64,000 nucleotides of DNA from Camelus dromedarius (GCF_036321535.1 NC_087436.1:115012001-115076000); one strand, 5' to 3'; shown: positions 13,201 through 26,128, numbered from the stretch's first letter. The notes: a model not told the origin generated them from the letters alone. A program made the numbers and translations.

Positions 13201-13632
13201 TGTAATAGATGTTGCTGGTGCCCTATGAGATACCCCAGGGTCCCTCAGCCAGTTGGGTAAGTGTGTTCATCTCAAGGTCCTGTAGGTGCACCTGCTAATG
13301 GCTCACACCTGCAACCTTCTCTGCGTGCTCGCCCTTCAGTGATTGAAGCTACCTTGCCCAGAGGAGGTGGAGCCCAGTGGACATTGACTAGGGCAGGGGT
13401 AAAGCCCCACTCTTTTATCTTAAGGCAAGACAGACTCTGTGGTGCTATTTATATTCCACAGCTCCCCTGGGATTCAGGCTGAAGCCAGACTTCACGTGTC
13501 CCACATGCTTACATAGCTCTGTCTTCTGTTCTGCTGCTCATCTCCTCTCTGAGTTCTTCCCAGGAGAACTCCATGAAGAAATCAACGTGTACAAACCCCA
13601 AATCAAGTTGTGCTGCTGGAATTAAATGACAT
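13201..13632 (+). mobile_element. ERVL LTR16-like solo LTR
   Basis: tgtaatagatgttgctggtgccc start, 'aatggctcacacctgcaacc', 'cagctcccctgggattcaggctgaagcc', ends 'gaca'. Confidence 0.7.
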
Positions 13633-13639
13633 TTTCTGT

Positions 13640-13830
13640 ATGTCACTTCTTTCAATTCTCACAGCACCTTCAAAGATAGCTCTAATTATCTCCACTTCAG
13701 ATATCACGGAACTGAAGCTCAGAAAAGTTAGGGGACATGCCCACGGCTGCCCAGGAGATATATGATGAGCTGGGAGTCAAAGCCAGGCTCTCTGCAGCCC
13801 CCTACTTTCTCCTCAGCCAGACTGCCTGCT
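13640..13830 (-). mobile_element. MIR SINE
   Basis: 'aattctcacagcacc...ggaactgaagctcagaaaagtta...gagctgggagtcaaagccagg'. Confidence 0.75.
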
Positions 13831-14488
13831 TACCAAGACGCTCAGGCTCAGGACTCATGGGCCCTTGGGAATGGGTCTGGTCTAATTAAAGTTTTGGGGG
13901 ACTTTGGAATCAGACACAATTTGGTAATTAATAAACAATAACTATTGAGGAAAAAAAATTAACATTTTAAATTTTTGGTTATTTTTTGGATTTTTTTTTC
14001 CTGACCACTTTCTAAGGTTGTGAGATAGGATGATGTGTATAAAGTGCTTACGGCCACACCTGACACAAAACACACACTCAGAAAAGTTAGGTGTTAATTT
14101 CATTCCTGTGCAGTGTTGCAGCTCAGGAAGCTGAGATCTGAGGTTCTCCAGGGCTGAGCCCCAGCATCCTGATGGGGCACCTCAAGGTGACATTTTAGAC
14201 TCCTAAGTCCTCCTGACCCTATGACATAGCCTCTTTGAGGCACTGATCCTCCGAGGTGCCAATCGGAGTTCAGAGATGAGGGTAAGGGAGATTTCTGTGG
14301 GAGAGTGAAACATACCTGAGAAAGGGAAAGAAGTGGCTGAGGTCACAGGGTGAGTGTCACTGTGTGTGACACACTGGCTGAAATCCTATCCCATCAGGTG
14401 AGCAATTAGAAAAAGTGGCTGAAATTGCTTCCATGTTTTTTCCTTTTTTCTTCTCCATCTAAAAATATCTATGCTGGGAGTGTTGACC

Positions 14489-14593
14489 TGTGTGTATGTT
14501 ATTGCATAAACGCATGTCTCTGTGTATGTGTATGTGTGTGTATGTGTGTCTCTCTGTGCGTGTATTCACATGTGTGTGCATGTGTGTGTGTGC
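14489..14593. repeat. Degenerate (TG)n microsatellite
   Basis: Interrupted TG runs, read directly. Confidence 0.85.
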
Positions 14594-14879
14594 ATGCCCA
14601 CATTTGTGCATTCCCATGTGCTAAAGTTGGTGCCCTCATTCAGACCTCACTTCATTATGATTTTCAGCATGTCTTCCCTTCTTACACTTTGCTTCCTGCA
14701 ACTCAACCTCTATACCCCGGCAAGAATGTCATTCCTCTGCTTGTAATACTTTCATGGATTTTCATTTGTCTAGACCCCAAATTATAGAATATGTAGTCTG
14801 TCTACAATTTACTCAACTCTCTTCTTTTATGAAAAAAGCACCTCTTCTTCCTTAAAGACCTTGTTCTGACACCATCTCC

Positions 14880-15170
14880 ATCATCTCCTCCCCTCATGGG
14901 ACGTTCCCAGCTCTGCCAGGCAGAGTGAGTTATCCTCTCCTTCTCTAGCATCTTGTAAAGGCATCTGTTGTCAAAACTGCTCCCCTGTGCAGCCACGATG
15001 CATCTACAAGTTTGCCTCTCCCACAGCGTGCACTGTGGGAGCCTTAAAGACAGGGACTGTGTCATGAATTTCTGGCTTGGCAGGTTTGGCAATATAACCT
15101 GGAACATAAAAGTGTTTTTTTTTTAATAAAAAGAAAAAAAAATAAGTACATGAATGAATAAATGCAACAA
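14880..15170 (+). mobile_element. L2 3' end
   Basis: 'gagccttaaagacagggactgtgtc...catgaatgaataaatg'. Confidence 0.65.
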
Positions 15171-15242
15171 TGAAGCATTAAGCTTGACATCTCTACATAC
15201 AGAATTCTATTCCTGTGAAATGGGGATGATAAAGTAGCCGAT

Positions 15243-15630
15243 TGTAATAGATTAAGCAATTAGCCCCAGTCCTTTCCTTTTCCTTCTGTGCCATTATGGG
15301 CAGAAGCTTGGCGTGTTACTTGTTTTGGCCAACAGCACGTGAGTAAGGGAGTGAGTGCCAGTTCCAAGCTTAGCATTCCTCCTGGGTACCTAGTCCTACC
15401 ATCTGTCCTTACAGCCTGGACTGCAGTAGGAAGACACATGCAGCAGGAGTGGCCCAGCTGACCCCAGACCTGCAGTGAGAAGGGAAGCTGCCCAGAGAAT
15501 CTCAGACTAGAACCACAGAGGCATCCCAGCCAATCTACTGATCTGGGATGATAAGCGATGGTGGTTTTAAGCGACTGAGTTTGGAGATGATTTGTTACAT
15601 AGCATTATGGTGGCAATAGCTAACTGATGC
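15243..15630 (+). mobile_element. MaLR MLT1 solo LTR nested in a MIR (MIR halves ~15190-15242 and ~15631-15730)
   Basis: End 'ggtggttttaagcgactgagtttggagatgatttgttacatagcattatggtggcaatagctaactgat'; MIR 'ctgtgaaatggggatgataa' resumes as 'tgtgaggattaaactggataa'. Confidence 0.75.
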
Positions 15631-16214
15631 TTCAACCTCATTTAGTTTTTGTGAGGATTAAACTGGATAATTCAAGTCAAGTGCTTAGCAAAGTCCTGAG
15701 AATATGGTAAGCACAGACAATAGCATCCCTATTATTAATGTCCCATCTCTACTATTTTATAAAGCTGAGCCTTTTTTGCGGAAAAGAACAGTTGGCAGAA
15801 AGGGAAAGCAAAACTATTTATCAAATTCAGTGAGGCTGTCACAGCTCAATTTGGCAGTTTCTTTCTTATTTGCTAAAAAGCCTTTGGTAAAATGTGAAGC
15901 AGAATGATGTTCTTTGGCTGGGAAGGCCCAAGAGGATTCACACTTCAGAAGAAAAAAGCAGACCTTTCCAGCACGGAGGGTTACATAACTGTCCCTGTCA
16001 TCAGTGGGAGGACCTGCTGGTTTTCCTACAACAGTTTCATTTTGCAAGGCACTTTGTTTGACAGTCCCTCATGTTAACCATTCCCTGGAGCCAGTCTGTA
16101 CACAGAAACAGATAGCTAATTCCTGGAAAGTGCCAAAGAGCTGGGCTTATGAGGCTCAGGCCAACAGCCTCCTCTTTATTGGTGGGTGCCCTGTTCCCAT
16201 CTTTAGCCCAGCCT

Positions 16215-16700
16215 CCTTTCTGATCTCCGGCCCAAACGTCTGGCTGCTGCTGGACCTCCCCGCCATGAGCGCCCAGACTTGTGTCACACTGAAGATGCCA
16301 AAAGCAGAACTCACCACCTTCCCGCACCCCTGCCCGAAATGTGGTTCCGAATCCGCCTAATTTCCTAAACCAGAGCCTTGTGGCATCCATCATTCCTTTC
16401 TCACTCTCCTTTTTTCTTTTCCTTTTTTGAGGGGGGCTCCTTTTCCCCAGACTTCCAGGTTCTCATTATTCCTCAGATCACTCTACCTCGCTCCATCATC
16501 ACTACCATGACCTCACCTCTTTCCGAGTTTATAGGAGAAACCTCTTTATATGTCTCGCCGCCTCCGCCTCTTAATCATCTCCCTCTTCCCCGAGATGAGC
16601 CCTCTCATTTGTACGTACGCGTGCGTTTTCCTGTATAAGCCTCATGCCCTCTATTACTACTATAATTCCCTTGCCTTTAGGAGTCATGACTGGAATTCTT
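16215..16700 (+). mobile_element. L2 fragment
   Basis: 'gctgctggacctccccg...atgccaaaagcagaactcaccaccttccc' and a pyrimidine-rich body. Confidence 0.55.
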
Positions 16701-16863
16701 TGTTAAGAAATGTTTGGGGGAGTTAATCAGGTTAATTAATTAATTCTTATTTGATTTGTAACCAAGCTCTCGGGATAAATGTGTCTCTGTCTCCATTCCC
16801 ATCCATTAAGCAGAACTATTTCATGGGGAAAAGCAACAACTGAGTCCACCACAGGTACCAGCC

Positions 16864-17605
16864 TGTTGGTGGACGGAGGGACCCCTAAATTAGAAAGCCC
16901 ACCGAAGTGTTGGTCCTTGCCACCGGCTATAATAAAATTTGTGCCCTTAGTGCTCAGAAGGGGCAACGGAAGGAAAGGGCTTGAGCAGGAAGAAGGGAAG
17001 AAAATCACTCGATGGGGGGAGCTGTCATCTAGGGTGGCAGGTAGAGACAGCTCCAGCTGCCGCTTGGGCTTCTGCCATCACGTCCTCCCTCAGGGTACGA
17101 TGGAGCCAATCACCTTTCTTTTCCACCCTTGTATGTGGGCTTTTCTGGTTGTCATGGCGATTGTCAACTATCATGGCCGCTGGTGGTGTGTCACTTTGCA
17201 CGCTAATGCATTACAATAAGTGTATATATACTGAGGCTCAAGGTCCACTGGAAGTCAAATCCTCTGCCATCCGGGCTTCACAGGTTCTAGCTGGTTCTTC
17301 TTTCTTTTCTGTCCCTCCACTTAGGTAAGAGTAACTGGTTTCTATTCCAGGGAGGGAGAGGTGTGGGATCCTGGGGCAACAGCCTTGGTAGCCAGGACCC
17401 TGCCCCAAGGCTGCACTATTGTGTCTTGATTGTTCCTCCCTTGTTTCTGCATCCCCTCCCTTCCCTGATTAGCAACTGTTTCAATCGGCCCTTTGGAACT
17501 CAGGGAAGGAAGGTCAAGGAGGCTGAATGAAGCCTATTTCCTACAAGTGGGGAACACGGAGAGATTTGTACCAGGGAGGACCCCACAGGGTCCTGCTTGG
17601 TACTA
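16864..17605 (-). mobile_element. ERV1-class solo LTR, apparently chimeric
   Basis: 4-bp TSD agcc (16860-16863, 17606-17609); starts tg; left part homologous to the 8908-9539 LTR, right part MER41-like ('cccttccctgattagcaactgttt...ccctttggaactcagggaagg'). Confidence 0.8.
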
Positions 17606-17931
17606 AGCCTACAAGGAGTCAGTTGAACCCCAGTTCAGAGGAAAGCATTTTATAAAAGGTTCTGTGGGGAAGACTCTTGCTAGCAGTTGCAGCGCTGAAA
17701 GGGACAGCAGGAAAAATGGTGAACGAGGAGGAGGAGGGGAGGCAAATATTTCAAAACCAATGCTAGCTCCCAGGGCAGCTCCACGATTCCACCTCCTCTA
17801 TCTGATTCATCTTCAGAGGCTGGGAGGTATGGGGGGGGGGCAGCAGGAACTTTAGTGCTGGGGTTTAGCTGCAAAGGTCTGCATCTTATTCCACCACTTG
17901 CTAGCTTCTTAATAATTCAACTATATCATGG

Positions 17932-18463
17932 TGTGAATGAAAAATACTGCAAACCAAATCAGTAAACAAAGACTGCTGAAGCCATCAAGTCCTCAGCGGC
18001 TGCCGCCACCCCCCAGTGAAGACAAGCCTGCAGCCCGGCCTCTGCAGCCACTCACGGTGGTGCACTCTGAGGGGACTCAGAATAAGAAAGGACAGGAGAC
18101 TGGCCCTAGATAGCTAGGTGCTTGTCAAAGGAATGAATTCAATGAGCCCAAATGTTTGCTTCCTCCCATACATAAAAAAGCACTAAACTTTTTAACTTGA
18201 GATGCTTGGTTTTGTTTTTGGTTTTTGGTTTTTGGTTTTTTTTTTTTTTGGCTTTCTTTAGTTAACGAATAATCTTTTATTGTTCCAACTACCTGGTTGT
18301 AAAGCTCCTATATATCCTGGCTCCTCCCCTACCTCTTCGGAGCAGTCCCTCAGAGCGATCTGGGAGGCTGTCATCTCGGCTCAAGGGGTCTGAGTCCTCA
18401 GAAATGTCCTGCAAATAAAACATAACTCTCAACTTCTAGGCTGCGCGTTTATTTCCGTCGACA
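17932..18463 (+). mobile_element. ERV1-class solo LTR inserted in a MIR
   Basis: TG...CA termini (tgtgaatga...gtcgaca), TATA-like 'cctatatat' near 18307, aataaa near 18414, near-TSD atgg/ctgg. Confidence 0.85.
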
Positions 18464-20240
18464 CTGGGTAATACAAGGATGATTATAAGAGTATTTGACT
18501 TTAGGGCTGTTGTGAGACATAAATGAAATAAATAAAACCTTATAGGTATCAATACTCATTTGACATAGAAGATAATCCATTCGGAACAGTCTGGCGATTT
18601 GCTCAAGTTAGTGGTGAGGTTAAGTTGAGAATCCAGTCCTTCCTGGGTCCGAAGTCCGAGTGCCTTCTTGCGGTTCCTGATTTTCTCTCTGAGGCTGCAG
18701 TAGAGTCAGCAGGGAAGGTCTGCAGGAGTCTGCCTGTTGTTGCTCCTGACCTTTCTTTTCCCTGAATACCTTTTCCCACACCTTTTCCTCAGTCATCTGA
18801 CTCAGTGATTTTCCTTCGTAAAGAACCAGCAGAAATAAGGCGTCCTCGATTCTGCCGGCTAAACTGCAGTGCTGCCATATGGGTTGCAACTCAGACCCCG
18901 AGTTATGGTCTTCCTAGTCCATGAGATGCCAGTAACACTTACATGGTAACTCTCTTTGTATTTGGGGACCATTTACCCTAAAAGGCTACTACAGAGGGTT
19001 GATATTCTGAGGACAAAATAATCTGCATACTTTCCACCATGTGATGTTTTTCAGGGAGGATGTTGGGGCTTATAGTGATACTGCACAAGAATGGAAAGAC
19101 CTCAGCGCTTCTGGCCAAGAACTGGATCTGCTGCTCTGGGTTTGAAAGGAGAAGACGAGGTCCACTGCACAGGCTGACTACGGGAGAGAAGGGTGCAGTC
19201 ACCATGTCTTACAGGTATCTGATGCATTTCTCCCTCCAGGAAAGAGGATGTTTTGTTTATGGCATGGCTTTGGAAGGATTACTTTGGGCAGACAAAGAAC
19301 AAAAAATCCTCTTAAGCCTTGTCCCCTCCAAGGGCCCCTGCTTTCTACTTTTTGACAGCGCTGGCTGTGACCTCACTCCCATCACCTGTCTGTTCTTTCA
19401 CAGTGAGACAGAAACAAATGTGAAGAAATTGAGGTCTCGGCAAAGGAGTCTGGCTTTTCACCTCCCAGGTGTGAGGAGGAAAGGGCTGGTGTAGGGGGAG
19501 GGCACCACAGGGATGGCCCTGCACGCTGCAGGTCACTCTGGGGAGGACGACCAGCAGAGGTCCATTAGGAGTACAGACGTGGCCCCACATGGCAGGTTGA
19601 TGGGTCAGGGAGGGGAAGGGGTACTTTAATGGAGGCAGCTGGTCGTCATTTTAGTTCTTAGTGGAAGAAGAAAAGGTGCAGACAGAATAAGCCGTCCAGA
19701 CTAACCAGCAGGTGAATCAGTGATGCCTGAACTTGACGGAGAAGCCCGCGCTCAGGGTCAGAGGATAAACTGATGGCTGAGACCTTTCTGATGCCTGAAT
19801 TGCAGTGAAGCCATTAGTGTCCGTTAGAATGACACCAGAGAAGAGGCTGGAAAGCCGGGGGCCCCAGGAACATGTCAGCAGAAGGGTTTGACGGCTGAGA
19901 TGCAAAGAAAGATGGGTGATTAGGAAGCATAATTTGCTCAATTACTTGTGATTTGGCAGAAGTTGATTTTTAGGACTGTTTTTGTAACCTGAAAATGAGG
20001 GCCTTCGGAGCCTTTGAAATGAGGGCAAGGCACGTAGAGTGAAGTCATGTCAACCCAGGGCAGACTAAGAACACGAGAACGGCCACGCCAGACTGTGCTC
20101 ACCATGGGCCCAGGTTGGGGAGGCGGGTGTGTGGACTGGGTCGAACCGCCAAATGCGAGTTCAGGAAGTTCCCGAGAACTCCTTCAGCGGTTCATCGTGG
20201 ATTGTCATCTCATTGGGCCGCTGGAACTCCTCTGATACTA

Positions 20241-20287
20241 TTAATTAATTAATTAATTAATTAATTAATTATTTATTTATTTATTTT
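20241..20287. repeat. (TTAA)n followed by (ATTT)n microsatellite
   Basis: Read directly. Confidence 0.95.
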
Positions 20288-20324
20288 TGCCTTTCCAGGC
20301 TTTTGGAGTAAAATGGTGGTGTGT

Positions 20325-20500
20325 TGACCTCATTCTTTATTAGCTGTGTAAACTCTGGTAAACTGCTTAATCTCTTTGAGTTTCAATGTCTACAACTTAC
20401 ATATAGGTCTAATAGGTGCCCTTGCAGAATCATTTTGAACTTTAAGTAGGAAAATGGTAAAAGATAGTGCTCATAGAGCCCTTGCCGCTTACTGCAAGCT
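20325..20500 (+). mobile_element. MIR SINE
   Basis: 'ttattagctgtgtaaactctggtaaactgcttaatctctttgagtttcaatg'. Confidence 0.65.
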
Positions 20501-21459
20501 GGGCTCTATGCCAAACGATGCCTGTCTACATCGATGTCTGTATTTGTATCTCTGTAACTTACTACTCCTTACTCAGATTTATGTGTGTGCTTTCATGATC
20601 TTCAGTGAACAGAGGAGGAAGTTGTTCATATTGTACTTGGGCTTAACTTGGGCACAGAGCTCGGCAGCTGTGGGTCTGCCCTGAGACCCTGGTGTCTCAA
20701 GATCTACTCAGACCTGAGGGTAGTGAGTGTTGGTGAATAATCTGTTGCTTACTTTAGTTTTAATTCTTTCAGAACTATGTATTCATTCAGTCTCATAGAA
20801 GATCGATCACCTCATTAAGACTGAGACTGAGAGAGTTACATGCATATTATCTGAAATATGGACGAGCCCTTAAGTCGTATCCATAGACAGAGGTAGCTGA
20901 GCTCCAGCAGAACTTGTGACCACTTCCTCCAGGCTTCACACACATAGTCCGAGAACCACAGTCACCAATCCTTCCACCGTAAAGTAAGACCATTGAGTCT
21001 GATCAACCTTTATAAAGGTTACTCAAAGTGATACACCAGTGGTTGCTTCAGTCTCTCTTTGTTCTTTCAAAATAGATATTTCAACTTCCTTGAACAAGAT
21101 GGGGGCCCAAAACATATTTAAAGGGATCTTTAAGCTTTTAAATAGTTCTTTCCTCTACTTTTCCAAAATGTACAGAAGGAACTCTATGTACTGTGATTGT
21201 AACATTTTATTTCTGGAGATCACCTATTCCTAAAATAACTTGATTTCCTCAGATCAGAAACAAGAGCACTGATTAAATGGTGGCAATAAACACGAGGGAC
21301 ATATTCTTTAAAAAGGCACAAGAGGGCAAAGGACTAAGTTCAGTTGTCACCAGTAAAGGTGAAAAGTTCCTCTCATGAAATCATCTCACAAGGGTTGGGT
21401 TGATCAGATCTCGTAATCTGATGGGAATATTAGAATGGCTTCACTGTTCATCTGCATCA

Positions 21460-21648
21460 GAGTAGCTCACACTCAGCACTGTTAATGTCCCGGGGCAGAC
21501 AGTTCTTTGTTGTGGGGAATTGTCCTGCGCTATCTATTAAATTACGGTGGCCACCACCAGCATTCCTAGTTATGACATCCAAAATTATTTCCAGACATTG
21601 ACAAATGGCACCTATAGGCTTGAAATCTCCTCTGCTGAGAATCGTTGA
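21460..21648. mobile_element. MER20 hAT-Charlie DNA transposon
   Basis: 'ggggcagacagttctttgttgtgggg...tgacatccaaaattatttccagacattgacaaatg...gctgagaa'. Confidence 0.75.
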
Positions 21649-21661
21649 TTCCCATTTATAT

Positions 21662-21890
21662 CCTGGATCAGATTGGCAAATTTTTTTCTAAGGGCCATAG
21701 AGTACAAGTTTTAAGCTTTAAGACTGAGTCATACGGCCTCTGTGACCATTACTCAACTCTCTTGTTGCCCCAAAGCAGCTAGAGACAATATGTAAATAAA
21801 TGACTGTGGCTGTGTTCCAATAAAACTTTATTGACAAAAACAGACCATGGGCTGGATGTGGACCGCGGTCTGTAGTGCGCCTATCCCAGA
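21662..21890. mobile_element. MER58A hAT-Charlie DNA transposon
   Basis: 'ttggcaaattttttt...aagggcca...actcaactct...aaagcagc...ggctgtgttccaataaaactttatt'. Confidence 0.85.
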
Positions 21891-21959
21891 TTCACATCAC
21901 TGTGAGACAGCGTGGCATAGTATGATGTAATATGATGTTTTGTACTGAGGGAAAAAAAC

Positions 21960-22460
21960 AGTTCCATTCAAGAATAAAATGCATATCACTGACAGTACCA
22001 CCCAGAGACATCTGCTGTCATCTTCTGAATACGTGAATAGACATACAGCTGTGTACACGTACCATCTGTCAAGGACAAAAATGTGAAATCTTTCTATGCG
22101 TGTATAATTTTGTATCGATTTTTTCCTACAATGCTATTTATAGCAAATAACTTTTTTTGGTGTTGTATAGTCTTGAAAAACGTATTTTAGTGGTTATGTA
22201 ATCACGCCTTTTATTGATGGATCAAAATTCATTCATTATTCCCCTTAATTGAATATTTTTATTTTTCCCATTTTTCTTAGAACGTGACTAGTGGTACAAT
22301 GAAAATCTTTATACACATACCTCTAAGAACTTCTATAGGGCTGATTTCTAACAGATTAGCTAATTTAAAGAACGAAAATATTTTTCAGGGCTCTTGATCG
22401 TGTGTACAAATTGGCCTTTGGAAATTTTCTGCTGGCTTTTACTCCTGTCAGAGAACGAAA
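21960..22460 (-). mobile_element. Ancient L1ME-type 3' fragment
   Basis: 'ccacccagaga', 'tccccttaattgaatattt', 'ggtacaatgaaaatctttatacaca' antisense L1 3' motifs. Confidence 0.5.
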
Positions 22461-23779
22461 TACTTTGAATCGAATTGCGTGCTGGATAAAAAGCTACCAG
22501 CAAGTCGGGTGCACAGCTTTCCCCCTTCACTCATCCCCAGAGGACCCTGCAGGGTGTCTGCTCTGTAGACTCCCAGGGAACTGTCTGGATAATAAAGTCG
22601 AACACAAAATTCTGAGACTGGGACACTTGATAGTGTAACAAATTTGAAATTTATCTGCACACCTCTGAAACTGCTTTGGTGTGCGGTCATCCATGGAATG
22701 ACCCCACAAGTTTGGGACAAGCAGGAAACACAACACTCTGAGTGCCCAAACTGCATAAGTTGACATGTCCCATGTTGAGTGGGTGTAAAAAAAATGACAT
22801 CGGACTCACATAGTGGAGTTATTGACAGGAAAGGAAGACCAGGAGGGGTCCCGTCCCCCTGCACAATTCTAGGGTTTGTGTCCTTTAAATGCGTGGAACA
22901 TTACCATTAGGAAAATATCATTTATGTGGATCATTGGATTTCCTGTTTTTAATCCCTGCAAGCATTCTGGCAATCTTCAGAGCTCGCAGAAACCACAGTC
23001 GTGCTGTACAGAAACCCCAGCTGTACAGGCCACCCAGCCCTAAGGGGAAATTTCTTATAACCGGTTCTTTCTCACAACCCCTGCAGGCCCAGGTGAGACC
23101 GCTCAGCGGACGGCAGAGCCGGCTTCAGCTGAAGGAATGAGGAAGCTGAAATCTATCATGTCTTGTGTGTTATCCTCCAGGGTTGAGTCCCCTATGGGGA
23201 TGGGATGTCTGAGCCACACAAATTTTTCCAGAGGAAAACCGGAGAGAACGGGCACTTTGCTTCTGAGCGCTTATTTTCTGTGGCTCTTTGGCGGTGCGCC
23301 CTGGGTCCATTTCACAGCACAGACTGACCACGTTAGACCGGTCTTCAGAAGTCCCTCCAGGCTCCCAATCTCAGCAAGTTACATGCGGATGTGTTTGAAA
23401 ACCCCAAGATTACCACGATGGGGAGGACTAACCTGATGTTCTCAACATTACCAACCTAACTGTGTGCTTCTAAATATTTCAGGTACGGATCCTGCAGCCA
23501 TGAAGTGAACAGTCTTCAAAGCCCTTCCCCACTATTAGCTCCCGGTGTTACTGGCCACCGGGTGAGCACAGAGAACAGGTTCTAAAATGACCCTGACTCT
23601 TTTCCAGGGGTGAATGAACGGGTGTGACGTGGGCACTGTGAAGGGAACACCCCCCCCCCCACCAACGCCAGGACCTCTGATACGGTTCCACTCTCTTGGC
23701 AGTGTCTTATGGCACTTGTCATAACCTGTCACCGAGAAGGTGACATACGATTAAAGACCTCACTTCCTTCATACACGCA

Positions 23780-23972
23780 CATCAGTGCCATCTTGCTGGT
23801 GAGGTATCTCTGGCTGTACCACTGAAATTGCCACCCATCACCCACCCCGGCACTCTCGGTTCATTTTCTCGTCTTTCTCACCTTAGCACTGATCACTATT
23901 ACCATGTTATATGTTCACTTATTCACCTGGTGTATGTCTGTCTTCTCCGCTGAGCTGTAAGCTTTGCAAGGG

Positions 23973-24021
<49 letters not shown>

Positions 24022-24070
24022 TTCTATTTTTATTTGCTGCTTGGACCCCACCGCCTAAAATAGTTAACAC
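23780..24070 (+). mobile_element. L2 3' end containing a GT repeat
   Basis: 'ccttagcactgatcacta...gtctgtcttctccgctgagctgtaagctttgcaagggtagg'. Confidence 0.7.
23976..24017. repeat. (GT)21 microsatellite
   Basis: Perfect dinucleotide run, read directly. Confidence 0.95.
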
Positions 24071-24334
24071 AGCTTTGAAGGCACTGCCCTGTCACTAAGC
24101 TTCCTTCTAGGCTAATTTAGGAGCTTCTGAGGGCAGCCACGACATAGTGAGTGCTTAACATAGACTTGAGGACTTAGTCAAATGGTCACCACTCCTGGAT
24201 CTAAAGGAGGGACTAATGACTACTAAGTAACAGCCGTAAGTTTTTGCTTAACAGCCCTGCTTCTAAACCGGGAGGGGGTCACACACTCCGATCTGCCACG
24301 TAAGCCGCACCCTCAGTGCCTGCCGGCTATTGTC

Positions 24335-24510
24335 TGCTTTGCACAGTGGTCCTGTGAGGTTGATTTTATTACCATTTTGAACTTACCAGTTAAGAAAATG
24401 GAAACTGAGGCCGACACATGTGAAGTAACACCTCTGAGTCACTTTAGTTACCAAACTTGGATGTGGACCCAGAGCTCTTTAAGCATCAAACTCAAGACCT
24501 TTCCCCATGT
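24335..24510 (-). mobile_element. MIR SINE
   Basis: 'cctgtgaggttgatttttattaccatttt...ggaaactgaggcc'. Confidence 0.65.
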
Positions 24511-25769
24511 GAGGCTGGCCTGAAGGATTCTTAAATGTACCAGGAGAAAATGCGGGATAGGATTTACTTTGCATTTGTGATCAAGTCCCAGAGGCATTAA
24601 AGTGCCCTCCAAAGGCATCTTTTTTTCTGACAATTTTTATTGAATCAGGATATAATAACAACATGAAATTTTTATGGGACTCTATCTCAGAAACTTATAG
24701 CATTTGAAACACGTTAATTAGTTCCCAAAACTCACAAGGTAGGTAGCAAATGATTTTGATAGGAAATTAACTATAATAAGAAATTAGCATCACATAAAAT
24801 GTCAGACTTGTCCTTAAATAAGCATAGGAACTCCTCTACACTCCCTAAGTTAGAAGGAAAGATGCTTGTTAAAGCAAAGCAGATCAGGAACAAAATTTGA
24901 GAAGTTTTAGGCCCACTTGCTATGGATGACATTAGGGTAGCCCTGATTTTTGTGCTGATGAGTGAGGTTGACTATTAATTCTCAACAAACATATTGTTGT
25001 GTCTCCAGAAAGAATTTTTTTTTCCTGAAAATATGAGCTCAAGGGTTATGCACATCATTCAGCTCAACATTTATTTTACATCAACTATGTAAAAACATGC
25101 GGGATGCAGTTTGGCTATTCATTAAAACATTATTTATCGTCTGCTCCCCTGTAAGACATCTGAGTAGAAAACGCCGAGACGAATGGCCCCTTCGCTGTGA
25201 CCCTGGGACATCTCTTCTCTTCTGTAATAATAGTGATGTTCACTGAGAAGCAAGTTTATCTTTTCTCCTAACTCCGAACTGAAGGCTTGAGAATAACTCC
25301 AGATGGAACCTCAAAGTTCTACACATCTGAGGACCGCTTAACAATTTGTCTAGTATAAACCAGTAAGCGAAGGAAACCAGTAACTTGAGCTGAATGTGTG
25401 AGGCTTGTTAACCCGCTTTAGGTTGTTAAGGATGGCCTGGTGTGGAAGATAGGTGAATTCACCAAGCAAGGTTGAAGCATATAAAAATAAGTGGCTATCG
25501 AAGTCTCCACAGCTAAACCTGGTGCAGGTGGGGTTTACACTCTGACCTCTGACCCGAGCCGGCGACCTTTCTGGTTCATCCACTGACAGAGGGACCGGTT
25601 GGACTTTGCTTTCTCACCCCCGGGCTTATTTGACTGGGTTCCTGCTCGTAATCGCAGCTTCTGTTTCCTTATGTGTCCTCCTGAGCCTTGGGCATTACCA
25701 ACCCCGTCTTTCAACGGGATCTTGCGACCTGAGGTTGGGGGCTTATCTATGGCTGTAGACTCAGACTGG

Positions 25770-26128
25770 AGGTACCAGTCGGCTAGGGCTGCCACAGCCC
25801 GGCAACAGAAATGCATCATCTCACAGTCCTGGGGGCTGCAAACCTGAGATCAGGGCGTTGGCAGGGTCGGCTTCCCCCGGGGGCCCTCAGCGTGGCTTGT
25901 CCATGGTTGTCGCCTCCTGTGCCCTCACATGGCCTTTCCTCTGTGTTTATCTGTCCCAATCTCCTCTTCTGATAAGGATGCCAGCCATGTTGTATTAGGG
26001 TCCCCAGGAATAGCCTCATTTTATCTTAAGTACCTCTTTAAAGACCCCATCTCCAAACACAGTCATATTTGGAAGTACTGGGGGTGAGGACTTCAACCCG
26101 TGAATTTGGTGGGGGAGGGTGCATAACA
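25770..26128 (-). mobile_element. MaLR MLT1A/B-like solo LTR
   Basis: 'agggctgcc...caacagaaatgcatcatctcacagtcctggggg...ctctttaaagaccccatctccaaacacagtcatattt...ataaca'. Confidence 0.85.

Noticed and set aside
14425..14787. Cys/Val-rich ORFs
   Set aside because: Translation of a degenerate (TG)n repeat
8908..17605. Paired LTRs of one provirus
   Set aside because: Each LTR has its own different TSD, they are only partly homologous, and the interval holds MIR/L2/MLT1 with no gag/pol/env
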